Below, in pieces: positions 9,325-19,237 of a stretch of DNA of 64,000 bases (the stretch's first letter is position 1; each line of letters begins with the position of its first letter). A program made the translations under genes and the position numbers. The notes under the pieces are model-generated. The model did no database searches and had not been told where the DNA came from. It saw only the letters and a list, made by a program, of their open reading frames with translations. Where the stretch lies: positions 5,208-69,207 of the forward strand of contig CAVKAP010000039.1 of assembly GCA_963654445.1 (NCBI GenBank). The letters are read 5' to 3'. This DNA comes from Segatella copri (GTDB lineage: Bacteria; Bacillota_I; Bacilli_A; Erysipelotrichales; Erysipelotrichaceae).

Positions 9325-10896
9325 CTATTTTCTAATTTCTTTAATCATTATTGATCCAAAGTCAATTTCCTTTTGATCTTTATAAATCTTTTCATCATAT
9401 ACAATACCTAAATAGTTCATCTGACAAAAACAGGTCACTGCCTTTTCAAAAGAAAGGTGATAGCTGATTTTAGGATTAGATAGAAATTGTAATTCAATGC
9501 TTTTTACTCTTTTTTTAGAATAGTCCTTCTGCATAAAATCCACAAAGATCATTTCATCATTGACCTTGTTTTTTTCCGTTAAATCAAAGATCCGATGGAC
9601 AGAAGATCCATCCTCTAAATTAATTTTCATATCATAGCTTAAATCATACAAGGCAAATTGAAACATTGGTTGAACTTTCTGATTGGATTGTTTGATTGCC
9701 TTCGTTTTGATTTCTATTTTATTCTTTTCAGCAACATATTCTCTATATAGCGTATAGTCTTCCTTTTCTTCTTTTACGAAAAGGGATTGATTCCTCTTTT
9801 CTATCCTTAGCTTTTTATTCCTGTTGGGTCCTATAATACCTTCAATATAGGGAGCACAAATATGTGGCCACATCTCCTTAAAGCTAGAGTAGAAGCCTAA
9901 AAAGCCTGATTCCTTTTCAAATGAAAAGCTGTCCATTTGTATTTTATGTGGTTCTTCTTTTGATTTTGAAAAGGTACGCATCTCATCAATTCGAAAGGTA
10001 TAGGTATCAACATCTCCTTCAATCTTTAAGGTCATCGTATCAATTGAATCGCTTAACTTTAACATCTCATGAGATTGATTCATTCTTTTTATTGTCATTT
10101 TTTGTTCTTTATCCACAAATTCAATGATACATTTTTTTCTGACTTTATTTTCATCTTCAAAACAATAAGATTGAAAGGAAGGATCCGTTGGCCAAATTTT
10201 TATTTTGGCCTCCTTCAATTCCAAGCCTGCAATATTTCCACTGAATGTATCGATACAAAGAAAATAATTTCGAACACTGGATTTACAATCGATATGAATA
10301 AAGCGTCCATCGATGAATTTCTCTGTTTGATATAAATGTTGTTTATTTAATTTTTGCATACCATAGGCTAAGTTATCACGATTGATATAATCCTTTCGAT
10401 TGAAAAGCTTTCCTGCACTGATCAAATAATTATGAAGAACATAAAAGCCAAATAAGGTCCTTTCTTCATCAAGAATCACAAAGCCTAATTTGCGCATCAT
10501 ATAAAAGGAGGCAAGATTCTCCTTCGCAATTTTACAAACCAAGTCATTATAACCACGATTCACTAATTCTTCGATGACTAACCCAAACATATCCTTCACT
10601 GAAAATAGGTTTAAACGATATTTTTTATCAATAATTAAGCGACCAACATATACCTGATTGGCATGCATGACCTTTTGAGCTCCTGTTTGATAGGCCGCAA
10701 CATAGCTAATGACTTCTCCATCCTTTTTACCAACAACCGCAAACAATGTTCCCTTTTTATGCTGGTAATCAATAAATTTATCTTTCGTTAAATCTCGATC
10801 AAATTTAGTCAATCCAAATTGATTTCTTTTCATCAAATCAACCACAGATTGCGTATCCTTTTGTTCATCATAAAATGCATAGGTGATTTTTGACAT
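9325..10896 (-). CDS. Large protein with N-terminal GNAT acyltransferase domain and unknown C-terminal region (paralog B)
   Basis: YVGRLIIDKKYR...KENLASFYMMRKLGF GNAT motifs A/B; colinear similarity to 10933-12501. Confidence 0.65.
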   Translation of the reverse strand: MSKITYAFYDEQKDTQSVVDLMKRNQFGLTKFDRDLTKDKFIDYQHKKGTLFAVVGKKDGEVISYVAAYQTGAQKVMHANQVYVGRLIIDKKYRLNLFSVKDMFGLVIEELVNRGYNDLVCKIAKENLASFYMMRKLGFVILDEERTLFGFYVLHNYLISAGKLFNRKDYINRDNLAYGMQKLNKQHLYQTEKFIDGRFIHIDCKSSVRNYFLCIDTFSGNIAGLELKEAKIKIWPTDPSFQSYCFEDENKVRKKCIIEFVDKEQKMTIKRMNQSHEMLKLSDSIDTMTLKIEGDVDTYTFRIDEMRTFSKSKEEPHKIQMDSFSFEKESGFLGFYSSFKEMWPHICAPYIEGIIGPNRNKKLRIEKRNQSLFVKEEKEDYTLYREYVAEKNKIEIKTKAIKQSNQKVQPMFQFALYDLSYDMKINLEDGSSVHRIFDLTEKNKVNDEMIFVDFMQKDYSKKRVKSIELQFLSNPKISYHLSFEKAVTCFCQMNYLGIVYDEKIYKDQKEIDFGSIMIKEIRK

Positions 10897-10932
10897 GACG
10901 AATTCACCTCTTTCTTTTTAAAAGAAGATTTT

Positions 10933-12501
10933 TTATTTCACCATCTCTTTAATTACAATCTTTCCAAAATCCATACTCTTTCGATCCTTATAAACCTCTT
11001 GATTATAAACAAGCCCTAAATAATTGAGCTGGCAAAAACATTTTACAGGTCGATCAAAGGTGATTTGAGTTTTCTTTAAACTTGAATCAAAGGACAATTC
11101 AATTTTTTTCACATGCTTTGTCGAATAATCATGCTTTAAAAAATCTAAGAAAATCATTTCTTCGGTCACGGTATGTCCATCCTCTGGATCATACTTTCGA
11201 TGTGCAATGGTTCCATCCTCTAAATAAATCGTCATATCATAGCTCAAATCATAGAGTGCAAATTGAAAGATGGGTTGCACCTTCTTTTCTGAGAGCATTT
11301 TAGCTCTCGTAAAAATTTCAATTTGATTTGAGCTTGCGTGATATCTTCTTTCTAGGATAAAATCTTCGTTTTCTTGTTTGGCATATAAATCATCCTTCTG
11401 CATTTCAAGCTGGATATTCTTTTTATAATTTGGAATGAAGATACCTTCAATATATGGTGCACAAATATGCGGCCACATTTCCTTATAGTAGCTTTGATCT
11501 GCTAAAAAGGCTGATTTTTCTTCAAAATCAAAGGATCCTAATTCAATCTTCTTTTCTTCAAATTTCACCTTTCCTAATTCACGCATTTCATCAATAAAGA
11601 AGGTATATTCGTCATCACAACCTTCAACATGTAATGAAATGGTATCAACACCCTCAGGAATATTAAACTCAGTATGAAAATCATCCATTTTTATGATTTC
11701 ATGATGTTTATCTTTAAAAAGCAGATCAATTGAGCTTTCTCTTAAGATCTTCCCTAAATCATCAAAAGAATAGGCTGTAAAGTTTTTATCACATGGCCAA
11801 ATTTTCACCTGTGCCTTTTTCATATGTAGACCTGCAATATTCCCACTGATGGTATCAATAAAAAGGGTATGCTCTTTTTTACGTGACATACAATCAATTT
11901 GAATGAAACGATCATCAATGATTTTTTCAGCATGATAGAGATTGTTCTTATCAATTTTTTGCATATTTCTTGGAACACTATCTCCATCGACATAATCAAA
12001 GCGATTCGAAAGCTTGATGACACCTGGTAAATAATTATGAAGAACATAGTCACCATATAAGGTACGATGTTCATCGATGATCACAAAGCCTAATTTACGC
12101 ATCATATAAAAAGAAGCCGTATTTTCTTTTGCGACTTCACAAATAAAGTCATTATAGCCTCGTGATAGAAGCTCTTTGATAATCATGCTGAACATATCTT
12201 GAATGGTGAACATCGCCTTTTGATATTTATAATCAATAATCAATGCACAGACAAAGACCTGATTTTTATTGGCAACCTTTTGACCACCTGTTTTATAAGC
12301 TCCCACATAGCTTACAATTTGTCCATCGGCTCTTCCAACGACTCCAAAGATCGTTCCTTTTTTTCGTTGATAATCAATGAATTTTTCACCGGTTAAATCC
12401 TCATCATATTTTCCAATCCAAAATTGATTTCTTTTCATTAAAGCTGCAACGGCATCCGCATCCTTTGTTTCATCATAGAACTCAAATTTAATTTTTGACA
12501 T
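10933..12501 (-). CDS. Large protein with N-terminal GNAT acyltransferase domain and unknown C-terminal region (paralog A)
   Basis: FVCALIIDYKYQ...KENTASFYMMRKLGF; start MSKIKF chosen to match the paralog and RBS. Confidence 0.65.
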   Translation of the reverse strand: MSKIKFEFYDETKDADAVAALMKRNQFWIGKYDEDLTGEKFIDYQRKKGTIFGVVGRADGQIVSYVGAYKTGGQKVANKNQVFVCALIIDYKYQKAMFTIQDMFSMIIKELLSRGYNDFICEVAKENTASFYMMRKLGFVIIDEHRTLYGDYVLHNYLPGVIKLSNRFDYVDGDSVPRNMQKIDKNNLYHAEKIIDDRFIQIDCMSRKKEHTLFIDTISGNIAGLHMKKAQVKIWPCDKNFTAYSFDDLGKILRESSIDLLFKDKHHEIIKMDDFHTEFNIPEGVDTISLHVEGCDDEYTFFIDEMRELGKVKFEEKKIELGSFDFEEKSAFLADQSYYKEMWPHICAPYIEGIFIPNYKKNIQLEMQKDDLYAKQENEDFILERRYHASSNQIEIFTRAKMLSEKKVQPIFQFALYDLSYDMTIYLEDGTIAHRKYDPEDGHTVTEEMIFLDFLKHDYSTKHVKKIELSFDSSLKKTQITFDRPVKCFCQLNYLGLVYNQEVYKDRKSMDFGKIVIKEMVK

Positions 12502-12618
12502 CTTAAACACTTCCTTTACTTTTTTCTCCGTTTATTTTTTTATCTTCAAAAACTTTAAAAACAAGAAAATAAACGGAAGCTTGTAAGATGCAAATAAATT
12601 GCATCTTACAAATGATTC

Positions 12619-13482
12619 TTAGTATTTTTTAACCTTTCGTGACATATTTAGAATGGCTAGACAATAGAATACAACACCCGTTGCCAACAAGACCAGAATA
12701 TGAAACCAAGCCTTTGGATGCCAATCGCCATACACAAAGGTAACACCAACATGCTCCTTAAAGCCCTTTAAAACACCAACAGGTAGATTTTCAAAGCCCT
12801 TATGCATGCCATCTGCCATCAATAATTGTCGGAATAAAGCAGCTGCATGGGAGCATGGGAAGCATTTAACGACCCATTGTACACCATTTGGAAGACTTCC
12901 AATACAGATGTAAGCTCCAATTAAGAAACCAATCAAGGTACCAAGAATAATACTAATGGTTGTATAGGTATTACTTGTTTTAACAAAGGAAATAATAAAG
13001 CAGACCATTGCACTGGAAGCAAAAGCTGACAATAAAATGACACCGAGTATTTTACAAGCAATGACAAAGCTGACCAATTCTCCACCTTTGGCAACAATAT
13101 AAGCTTCTCCAAAGATAAAGGTAATAATGGACATCACGATACTGATAATTAAACCTGTACACATATAACCAGCTACAACACTTCTTCGCTTGAGTGGAGA
13201 GGAGTAAAAATCTTTTATGCATTTATGTTCTCGATCACTGACCATCACCGCATAGGCTCCCATACTTGTTGTGATTGCCGAAGAAGCCAGCATGCCTGCA
13301 ACAACCCATGAGTTCATAATATAGTTTTTATATTTAATATGTGAATCTAATCCCTTTGTGATGGAATCTCCAATAAAGAAGATAAACAATCCAAAGATAA
13401 TAATGACCCCTAACAAAGAAAAGAAGACCGCTCCTTTATCCTTAAAGAAGATTTTTAATCCACGTTTTGTCATCTGAATCAT
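12619..13482 (-). CDS. ABC-2 type exporter permease
   Basis: About 6 hydrophobic segments; FYSSPLKR motif; coupled to the ATPase gene. Confidence 0.85.
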   Translation of the reverse strand: MIQMTKRGLKIFFKDKGAVFFSLLGVIIIFGLFIFFIGDSITKGLDSHIKYKNYIMNSWVVAGMLASSAITTSMGAYAVMVSDREHKCIKDFYSSPLKRRSVVAGYMCTGLIISIVMSIITFIFGEAYIVAKGGELVSFVIACKILGVILLSAFASSAMVCFIISFVKTSNTYTTISIILGTLIGFLIGAYICIGSLPNGVQWVVKCFPCSHAAALFRQLLMADGMHKGFENLPVGVLKGFKEHVGVTFVYGDWHPKAWFHILVLLATGVVFYCLAILNMSRKVKKY

Positions 13483-14399
13483 TCTCTTAACTCCTTTCCA
13501 GTGATGTTGAGGAATACATCATCCATTGTTCCATATAAGACTTCAAAGCTTTCAATTTGATCTTTGATGGGTGCTAAGATATCGAGTGCTTCAATGGTTG
13601 ATTTAATTCTTACATCAATAAAATCGGATAAAGCTTTCCATTCCAGCTTTTTCTGATCTAAATAGGCTTGAATTTCTTTTTCATAGTCCTTTTTGATTTT
13701 CATTTTAATATGCTCAAAGCTATACTTTTCTTTTAATTCATAAGGTGTTCCTTGCGCTACAATTAAGCCTCCATCCATCACTACGACATAATCGGCTTTG
13801 GCTGCTTCTTCCATGTAGTGCGTAGTTAAAAAGATTGTCATATTATTTTCTTTTTGAAGACGCTCTACCGTTTCCCAGATATGCTTTCGTGTTTGTGGAT
13901 CTAAACCCGTAGTTGGTTCATCCAAGAAGAGGATTTTCGGTGTATTTAATAGTGCACGAGCGATATCGACTCTTCGTCTTTGACCTCCTGATAAGGTGCC
14001 ATATTCACGATCAATAAAACCTTCAACCTCAGCATATTGTGCTGCATTTTCAACCGCTTTTTTACGTTGGGCCTTGCTTCGATAATAAAAGCCTGAACGA
14101 ATCATGAGATTTTCTTTTACAGTCAGCTTCTTATCCATCAAATTATCCTGAAAGACAACGCCAATGCTTTCGCGTATCTTATCGGATTCGGACTCTAGGT
14201 CGTATCCGGCAATTTGAACCTTTCCTTCATCATATAGACTTAAGGTACAAAGGATATCAATGGTTGTTGATTTCCCTGCCCCGTTTGGTCCTAAAAATGC
14301 AAATAAGGAACCTTCTTTGACTATAAAATCAATTCCTTTTACCGCTTTTACTTTTCCAAATGATTTCTTCAAGGAAGAAACTTTAATTACTTCATTCAT
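13479..14399 (-). CDS. ABC exporter ATP-binding protein (DrrA-like)
   Basis: GPNGAGKST, LSGGQRRR, LDEPTTGLD and TTHYMEEA. Confidence 0.95.
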   Translation of the reverse strand: MNEVIKVSSLKKSFGKVKAVKGIDFIVKEGSLFAFLGPNGAGKSTTIDILCTLSLYDEGKVQIAGYDLESESDKIRESIGVVFQDNLMDKKLTVKENLMIRSGFYYRSKAQRKKAVENAAQYAEVEGFIDREYGTLSGGQRRRVDIARALLNTPKILFLDEPTTGLDPQTRKHIWETVERLQKENNMTIFLTTHYMEEAAKADYVVVMDGGLIVAQGTPYELKEKYSFEHIKMKIKKDYEKEIQAYLDQKKLEWKALSDFIDVRIKSTIEALDILAPIKDQIESFEVLYGTMDDVFLNITGKELRE

Positions 14400-14412
14400 G
14401 GTATTGCTCCTT

Positions 14413-15411
14413 TCACTGAGGTAAAAATTGATCAACAATCGTTCCTGTATTCTTTTGTTTGGCTTGTTGATACACATAATTTGAAAGTGCTAAATCTAAA
14501 ACACCTAATCCAAATGGGCTATAAATACTTGCCTTTTTTTCATCACGTGCTGGAATCGTTCCCTTGACGACTTCCGCAATCGATCCAGCCACAAAATCAC
14601 TGGATTTTAGCGCTTGATAGCTTAAGTGTATCGATGTTCTTTCTCGACATACATGGTCAAAATCATCAACGATATTGTGTGCTTGTTCAATGATTGGTAC
14701 ACCCAAATCTCTAAGTGAAATACCAAGAATGGTATGATCACTGGTCAAGGTGTCAATATGATCTAGATAAGGAATTCCAGCTGTTGTCGCAAAAGAGACT
14801 AGCTTTGTATATTGAAACAATTCTTCAATATCTTTACATGGAATAAATTCATAGCTGGATTCTTTATGCCATGACATAAATTGATTCATTCGATCCATCG
14901 ATAAGTCATACAAATAAACCTTGTGAATACTTGGAAATTCATTCTTTACAAATTGAAGAATTTCTTTATTGATTCGTCCACAACCAATGAAACCGATGTT
15001 GCTTTCTTCTTTGTTTCCATGAAGGTATTTTGCAGCTAAGGCTGCACTGGCTGCTGTTCTTTTGGCACTAATGATAGAACCTTCCAATACGGCTTGTACT
15101 CTTCCTGTTGTCATTTCGTTTAAGAAGATGGCCGCAGAAGCTCTTTCCATATTGTGTTCAATATTCCCTGGAAAGGAAGAAATCCATTTCATTCCGGCCA
15201 CATTCATATCTCCACCTAAATAAGCAGGTAAGCCAATGATTCGATTTCGATCATCATTGGGAAAGCGTAGAAAGATAGATTGAGGCAAAGCACTCTTTCC
15301 TTCATGATGGGCTAAATAAGTTTTCTTTACAATTTCAATGATTTTTGATTCCTGACCTTCCAATTCTTGATTGACTTGATTGGCTGTTATGACAAGTAAT
15401 TGATTTTCCAT
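14413..15411 (-). CDS. sbnB: 2,3-diaminopropionate biosynthesis protein SbnB (ornithine cyclodeaminase family)
   Basis: RIIGLPAYLGG, GMKWISSFPGN, ISAKRTAASA, ISLRDL and SPFGLGVLDL. Confidence 0.88.
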   Translation of the reverse strand: MENQLLVITANQVNQELEGQESKIIEIVKKTYLAHHEGKSALPQSIFLRFPNDDRNRIIGLPAYLGGDMNVAGMKWISSFPGNIEHNMERASAAIFLNEMTTGRVQAVLEGSIISAKRTAASAALAAKYLHGNKEESNIGFIGCGRINKEILQFVKNEFPSIHKVYLYDLSMDRMNQFMSWHKESSYEFIPCKDIEELFQYTKLVSFATTAGIPYLDHIDTLTSDHTILGISLRDLGVPIIEQAHNIVDDFDHVCRERTSIHLSYQALKSSDFVAGSIAEVVKGTIPARDEKKASIYSPFGLGVLDLALSNYVYQQAKQKNTGTIVDQFLPQ

Positions 15412-15425
15412 TTTATGATCCTCTT

Positions 15426-16352
15426 CTATAAATTCATATATTCTAAATGTTTACTGTATAAGTTTCCAAAATATCGATCGCCTCGATCATGGGAAACAAG
15501 AACGATTTTTTTATTTTTTAAATCATGTTTTTTAATATATTGTTCAACTCCGGTCATGACACATCCTGAGCTTCCACCTAGAAACAGCTGTTCTTTTCGC
15601 ATCATTTTAAATAAAGCTTTGGTGGAATCGCTTTCACTCACAATAATCTTATCATCTATGGATGCACGAAGGAAATTATCTGTTCGAATGCTTGAACCAA
15701 TACCGGTAAAATGCTTCACTTTTTTTGTTTCTGGATTAAAGATTTTCGATCCTTCAACATCAACCGCAACCACCTTTATATCTTTATTGTATTCATGCAT
15801 TGCCGCTGAAATACCAGCGACTGTTCCACCACTGGATACCGCAATAAACAAATAATCAATATCTGGTCTTTGGCTTAAAATTTCTTTTCCAACAGTCTCT
15901 TTATAGGCTTCTGCAACCAAAGGGTTTTCATATTGATTGATCCAATAGGCATTTTCATGACTTTGTATGTACTCCTTTACGACCTCTAAACGTTTCTTTA
16001 AATAGCTTCCATTTTCATCCGCTTCACTGACTTTAATGGTATTGGCTCCATAGCCTTTAATTAAAAATTCATTTAAATGAGAAATGGAGGGATCAATCAC
16101 AATGGTCACATCCAAGTGAAGGCGAGCACCAATGGCAGCAAGGGCTACTCCCATATTTCCTGAAGAGCTCTCAATGATTTTTGTGTTCTGATCAATGATT
16201 TTCTTTTCTAACAATTGACTTAAAACATACATTGCACAACGATCCTTGGCACTTCCATAGAGGTTGTTTCCTTCTAATTTGATATAAACATCATTTTCTT
16301 TTTGACTTTCTAATTGCACCAAAGGTGTTTTCACTTTAAACTCTTCTAACAT
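15426..16352 (-). CDS. sbnA: 2,3-diaminopropionate biosynthesis protein SbnA (PLP, cysteine synthase family)
   Basis: GSAKDR PLP-lysine, IESSSGNMG, NQYEN, AVSSGGT and HDRGDRY; adjacent to sbnB. Confidence 0.88.
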   Translation of the reverse strand: MLEEFKVKTPLVQLESQKENDVYIKLEGNNLYGSAKDRCAMYVLSQLLEKKIIDQNTKIIESSSGNMGVALAAIGARLHLDVTIVIDPSISHLNEFLIKGYGANTIKVSEADENGSYLKKRLEVVKEYIQSHENAYWINQYENPLVAEAYKETVGKEILSQRPDIDYLFIAVSSGGTVAGISAAMHEYNKDIKVVAVDVEGSKIFNPETKKVKHFTGIGSSIRTDNFLRASIDDKIIVSESDSTKALFKMMRKEQLFLGGSSGCVMTGVEQYIKKHDLKNKKIVLVSHDRGDRYFGNLYSKHLEYMNL

Positions 16353-16368
16353 GGTATTTCCTTCTTTC

Positions 16369-17433
16369 TTAGCTAAATTTCATTTCTTTTTGTATTCCTT
16401 TTTTTGTATATTTATTGATTAATTGAATAAATGTATTAAAGTCTGCTCCTCTACTTCGCGCTTTTGTTTCGCTGGTTAAGGATGGATTGGATGAAAAGAA
16501 GGAATATTTACTTCTTACCTTTAAAGAATAGGGAAGAAAATCTTCTTTCTTTTCAATCAGTTCACACTTTTCTTTATTCATATGTAGTTGACAAGAGTAA
16601 GGATAATCAACCAATTCAATTTCCATAACTGCTTGATCAACCATCAATTTATTTGAATCATAGGTAAGCGATAAGCCTTTAAAAAAGGTATGGAGCTTAG
16701 ATTTTTCATAGTCTTCCTTGCTTTGGTTCTCTTTGATCTTCGTAACAAAGACTTCACCAAATTCTAAGAACTCATCGATTGAAACAAAGGGCTTTTTAAA
16801 TAGCTCCTGGATTTCTTGGCTTAAGCCTCTTGTTTGTGAAAAAGCTTCTCCTTCTTTTTCTAATGCCTTTAAATAGCTTTGCGTTTGATAATCTAAAAAT
16901 TGGGTTTCTAATAATTGTCCACCCGGACAGAAGATCTTATCACATCGCTTGCCATAGATGAGATCAAGCTGTTGATCTAAGGCATCAAAATTTTGTTCAT
17001 AATTGAAGTAAGCACCGGTACTAAAGACCAGGATTCTTTGTTTCGAAAGATCATATCTTTCTTCATGTTGAGTGGTTTTCCCATCTTTTGTAATGACCTT
17101 TTCATCATATAAAGGAAGCAAGCGATCCATGATTCGTTTTACATTGGCTGGCATTCCAAAAAAATAGAGAGGAAAGCTAAAGATAACAAGATCTGCCTGA
17201 AGATATTTTTGAAAAAGCTCTGTCATATCATCCGTTTGTGCACATCTTCCTTTTTCATCTTGCATACAATGAAAGCAGCCTAGACAATCCTTGATATCCA
17301 ATTGATAAGAGCATACCTCTTCAATTTCATACGCATTTTGTTTATTCAAGCCCTTTAGAAAAGCTCTGGTTAATTTCATTGTGGTACTTTGTTTTCTTTT
17401 CGGGCTTCCATTGATTAATAGTATTTTATTCAT
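16369..17433 (-). CDS. Flavodoxin-like / iron-sulfur flavoprotein with C-terminal extension (possibly SCP2-like)
   Basis: INGSPKR..ST, CLGCFHC...C cluster and PLYFFGMPANVK...DR. Confidence 0.75.
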   Translation of the reverse strand: MNKILLINGSPKRKQSTTMKLTRAFLKGLNKQNAYEIEEVCSYQLDIKDCLGCFHCMQDEKGRCAQTDDMTELFQKYLQADLVIFSFPLYFFGMPANVKRIMDRLLPLYDEKVITKDGKTTQHEERYDLSKQRILVFSTGAYFNYEQNFDALDQQLDLIYGKRCDKIFCPGGQLLETQFLDYQTQSYLKALEKEGEAFSQTRGLSQEIQELFKKPFVSIDEFLEFGEVFVTKIKENQSKEDYEKSKLHTFFKGLSLTYDSNKLMVDQAVMEIELVDYPYSCQLHMNKEKCELIEKKEDFLPYSLKVRSKYSFFSSNPSLTSETKARSRGADFNTFIQLINKYTKKGIQKEMKFS

Positions 17434-18724
17434 CCCAAGCACTTCCTTTATAAGCTATAAAGTCTTCAATATAATTTGCCGCAATTCGTGGGGTCCTTTT
17501 TCCATCTATTAAATGTTTAGAAATCATTTGATTCACTCGTTCCATTTCTTCTTTATAATCCTTTGTTTGAATGAGTGAAGCCATCGCCTTTTCAATCTTT
17601 TGTTCGGTTGCATCATAGAAGGGAATCATTTCTCCACATTTCGAATGCTTCAATAAATTTTCAATATTTTGTCTTTGTTCGAAGGTCGTTGGAATAGAAA
17701 CGATAGGACACTGACCAGCAATCATTGCATAGAGGGTTCCTTGTCCAGCTTGAATGATGGCAACATCACACATAGACGCAATTTCAATCAATGGGAACTT
17801 TTCACAGAAGTGATAATTTTCTGGGTACTCATTCATTTCTTCGGTCGTAAACATATCAAAGATTGAAATAAAGAAATCACAATCAAAGCTTTTACTTGCT
17901 TGTAAAATCTTCTTTAAAAGTTCTTTATTTCCCGCAGTTCCTACAGAAATAAGAACCTTCTTTCGTCCATTTTTTTGATTCATGACATCCTTTACAATTT
18001 GTGGCATTTCGATATATTGATTATTTAAAATCGGACCAATAAATTTGAAATGATCGTTTTCTTTTAAGTCGGGAAAGATTTCCTTCGCATCCGACATTAA
18101 ATTTAAGTCACCTGTATACATATCTAAATCACAGCTTAATGGTTGACATCCCGAGCTTTCTAAAACTTCATTCCATCGCTTTGTCGTTTGACAATCCCTT
18201 AATACACGCTCACAGGCAATTTTATTTTCATAGAGAGAGCGTAATTCTTGATAAGAACGCTTCGTCTTTTTATTGGCTTCTTTGGACTGTTTTAGAACTT
18301 GTTCTAGTTGAAGCTTAGATATGGAAGCCGATAAGGACCAAACGATTGGAACCTGAGCTATTCGAGCTGAAATCGTTAAGCTCATACGATAGCCTGTCAA
18401 AATAACAACGGGCTTATATTTTTTTATGAGTTTTATCTCTTCTTCAACGATTTTCTGGATTTCTTCCTTGCTAGCAAAATCACTTCCATAACGATCCATT
18501 GCCAACATTTTTGAAATTCTCTCTTTTGTATACCATTGCGAATCATACGCAATCGTCTCTCGAATGTAGTCTTTATCCTTTAATAAGGAATCATAGGTTC
18601 CTGTTCCAATAAATACGATGGAATAACCTCGATCCTTTAATTCATCCGCAATTTCAACCATTCTTTGGGTTTCACTCCCATTAAAAAGAGCCGCACCCAC
18701 TAAAATATATTGTTTATTGTTCAT
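17426..18724 (-). CDS. GT-B fold glycosyltransferase (GT1/MGT-like)
   Basis: N-terminal IADELKDRGY; C-terminal LISVGT, IIQAGQGT and IPTTFEQRQN nucleotide-sugar-binding segment. Confidence 0.8.
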   Translation of the reverse strand: MNNKQYILVGAALFNGSETQRMVEIADELKDRGYSIVFIGTGTYDSLLKDKDYIRETIAYDSQWYTKERISKMLAMDRYGSDFASKEEIQKIVEEEIKLIKKYKPVVILTGYRMSLTISARIAQVPIVWSLSASISKLQLEQVLKQSKEANKKTKRSYQELRSLYENKIACERVLRDCQTTKRWNEVLESSGCQPLSCDLDMYTGDLNLMSDAKEIFPDLKENDHFKFIGPILNNQYIEMPQIVKDVMNQKNGRKKVLISVGTAGNKELLKKILQASKSFDCDFFISIFDMFTTEEMNEYPENYHFCEKFPLIEIASMCDVAIIQAGQGTLYAMIAGQCPIVSIPTTFEQRQNIENLLKHSKCGEMIPFYDATEQKIEKAMASLIQTKDYKEEMERVNQMISKHLIDGKRTPRIAANYIEDFIAYKGSAWDE

Positions 18725-19052
18725 TGCTTTCACCTTCAATTCGTACGAAAAAGCTTTCTTCTACCAAGAGCTGATTATTTTTTTGATTCGTTATCTTCCC
18801 TTGAAACAAAATACGATTCTCTTTTCTTTTAGGATGGAGTCGCAAACTTAATTCATCGTATAGCTTTGCGCTTGAAATGAATTTACATTGAAATTGTTCA
18901 ATGGTATAAGAGATGGAATTCATCGAACCATAGGTCTCTAAAATCCATTGAAGAATCGCTTGTTCCATCCAGTTAAAATAGACGGGATGATGTACGATAT
19001 TGTATGGATCCGTATCTGTCGGACCAACAAGAATCTGTTTTTCAATATCCAT
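18714..19052 (-). CDS. Acyl-CoA thioesterase (YbgC/4HBT family)
   Basis: DTDPYNIVHHPVYFNWMEQA signature. Confidence 0.85.
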   Translation of the reverse strand: MDIEKQILVGPTDTDPYNIVHHPVYFNWMEQAILQWILETYGSMNSISYTIEQFQCKFISSAKLYDELSLRLHPKRKENRILFQGKITNQKNNQLLVEESFFVRIEGESNEQ

Positions 19053-19111
19053 TAAACTCCCCTCCATTTTCTTTATCGTTTCCTTTAAATTATTTATCTT
19101 TATACATTAAA

Positions 19112-19164
19112 TTTATATCATGAACCAATTTTATCGTCAATATATTTTTATCTTTTCTCGATAA
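19112..19164 (-). promoter_or_regulatory. Sigma-A promoter (TTGACG-17-TATAAA) with TTATCGAGAAAAGATAA box 7 bp upstream of -35
   Basis: Same geometry as the 5571-5623 promoter. Confidence 0.75.
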
Positions 19165-19212
19165 CTTATTTATATATTTTGATAATCATATATCTTTTAT
19201 TGAAAATAAAAA

Positions 19213-19237
19213 AGAACCTGTCCATTTGACAAGTTCT
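19213..19237 (-). terminator. Intrinsic terminator
   Basis: AGAACCTGTC/GACAAGTTCT stem (G-U pair on the minus strand) with T tract. Confidence 0.6.

Noticed and set aside
14413..16352. Staphyloferrin B siderophore cluster
   Set aside because: No IucA/IucC synthetases, SbnG/SbnH or siderophore uptake genes in the window, and no clear Fur box at the promoter
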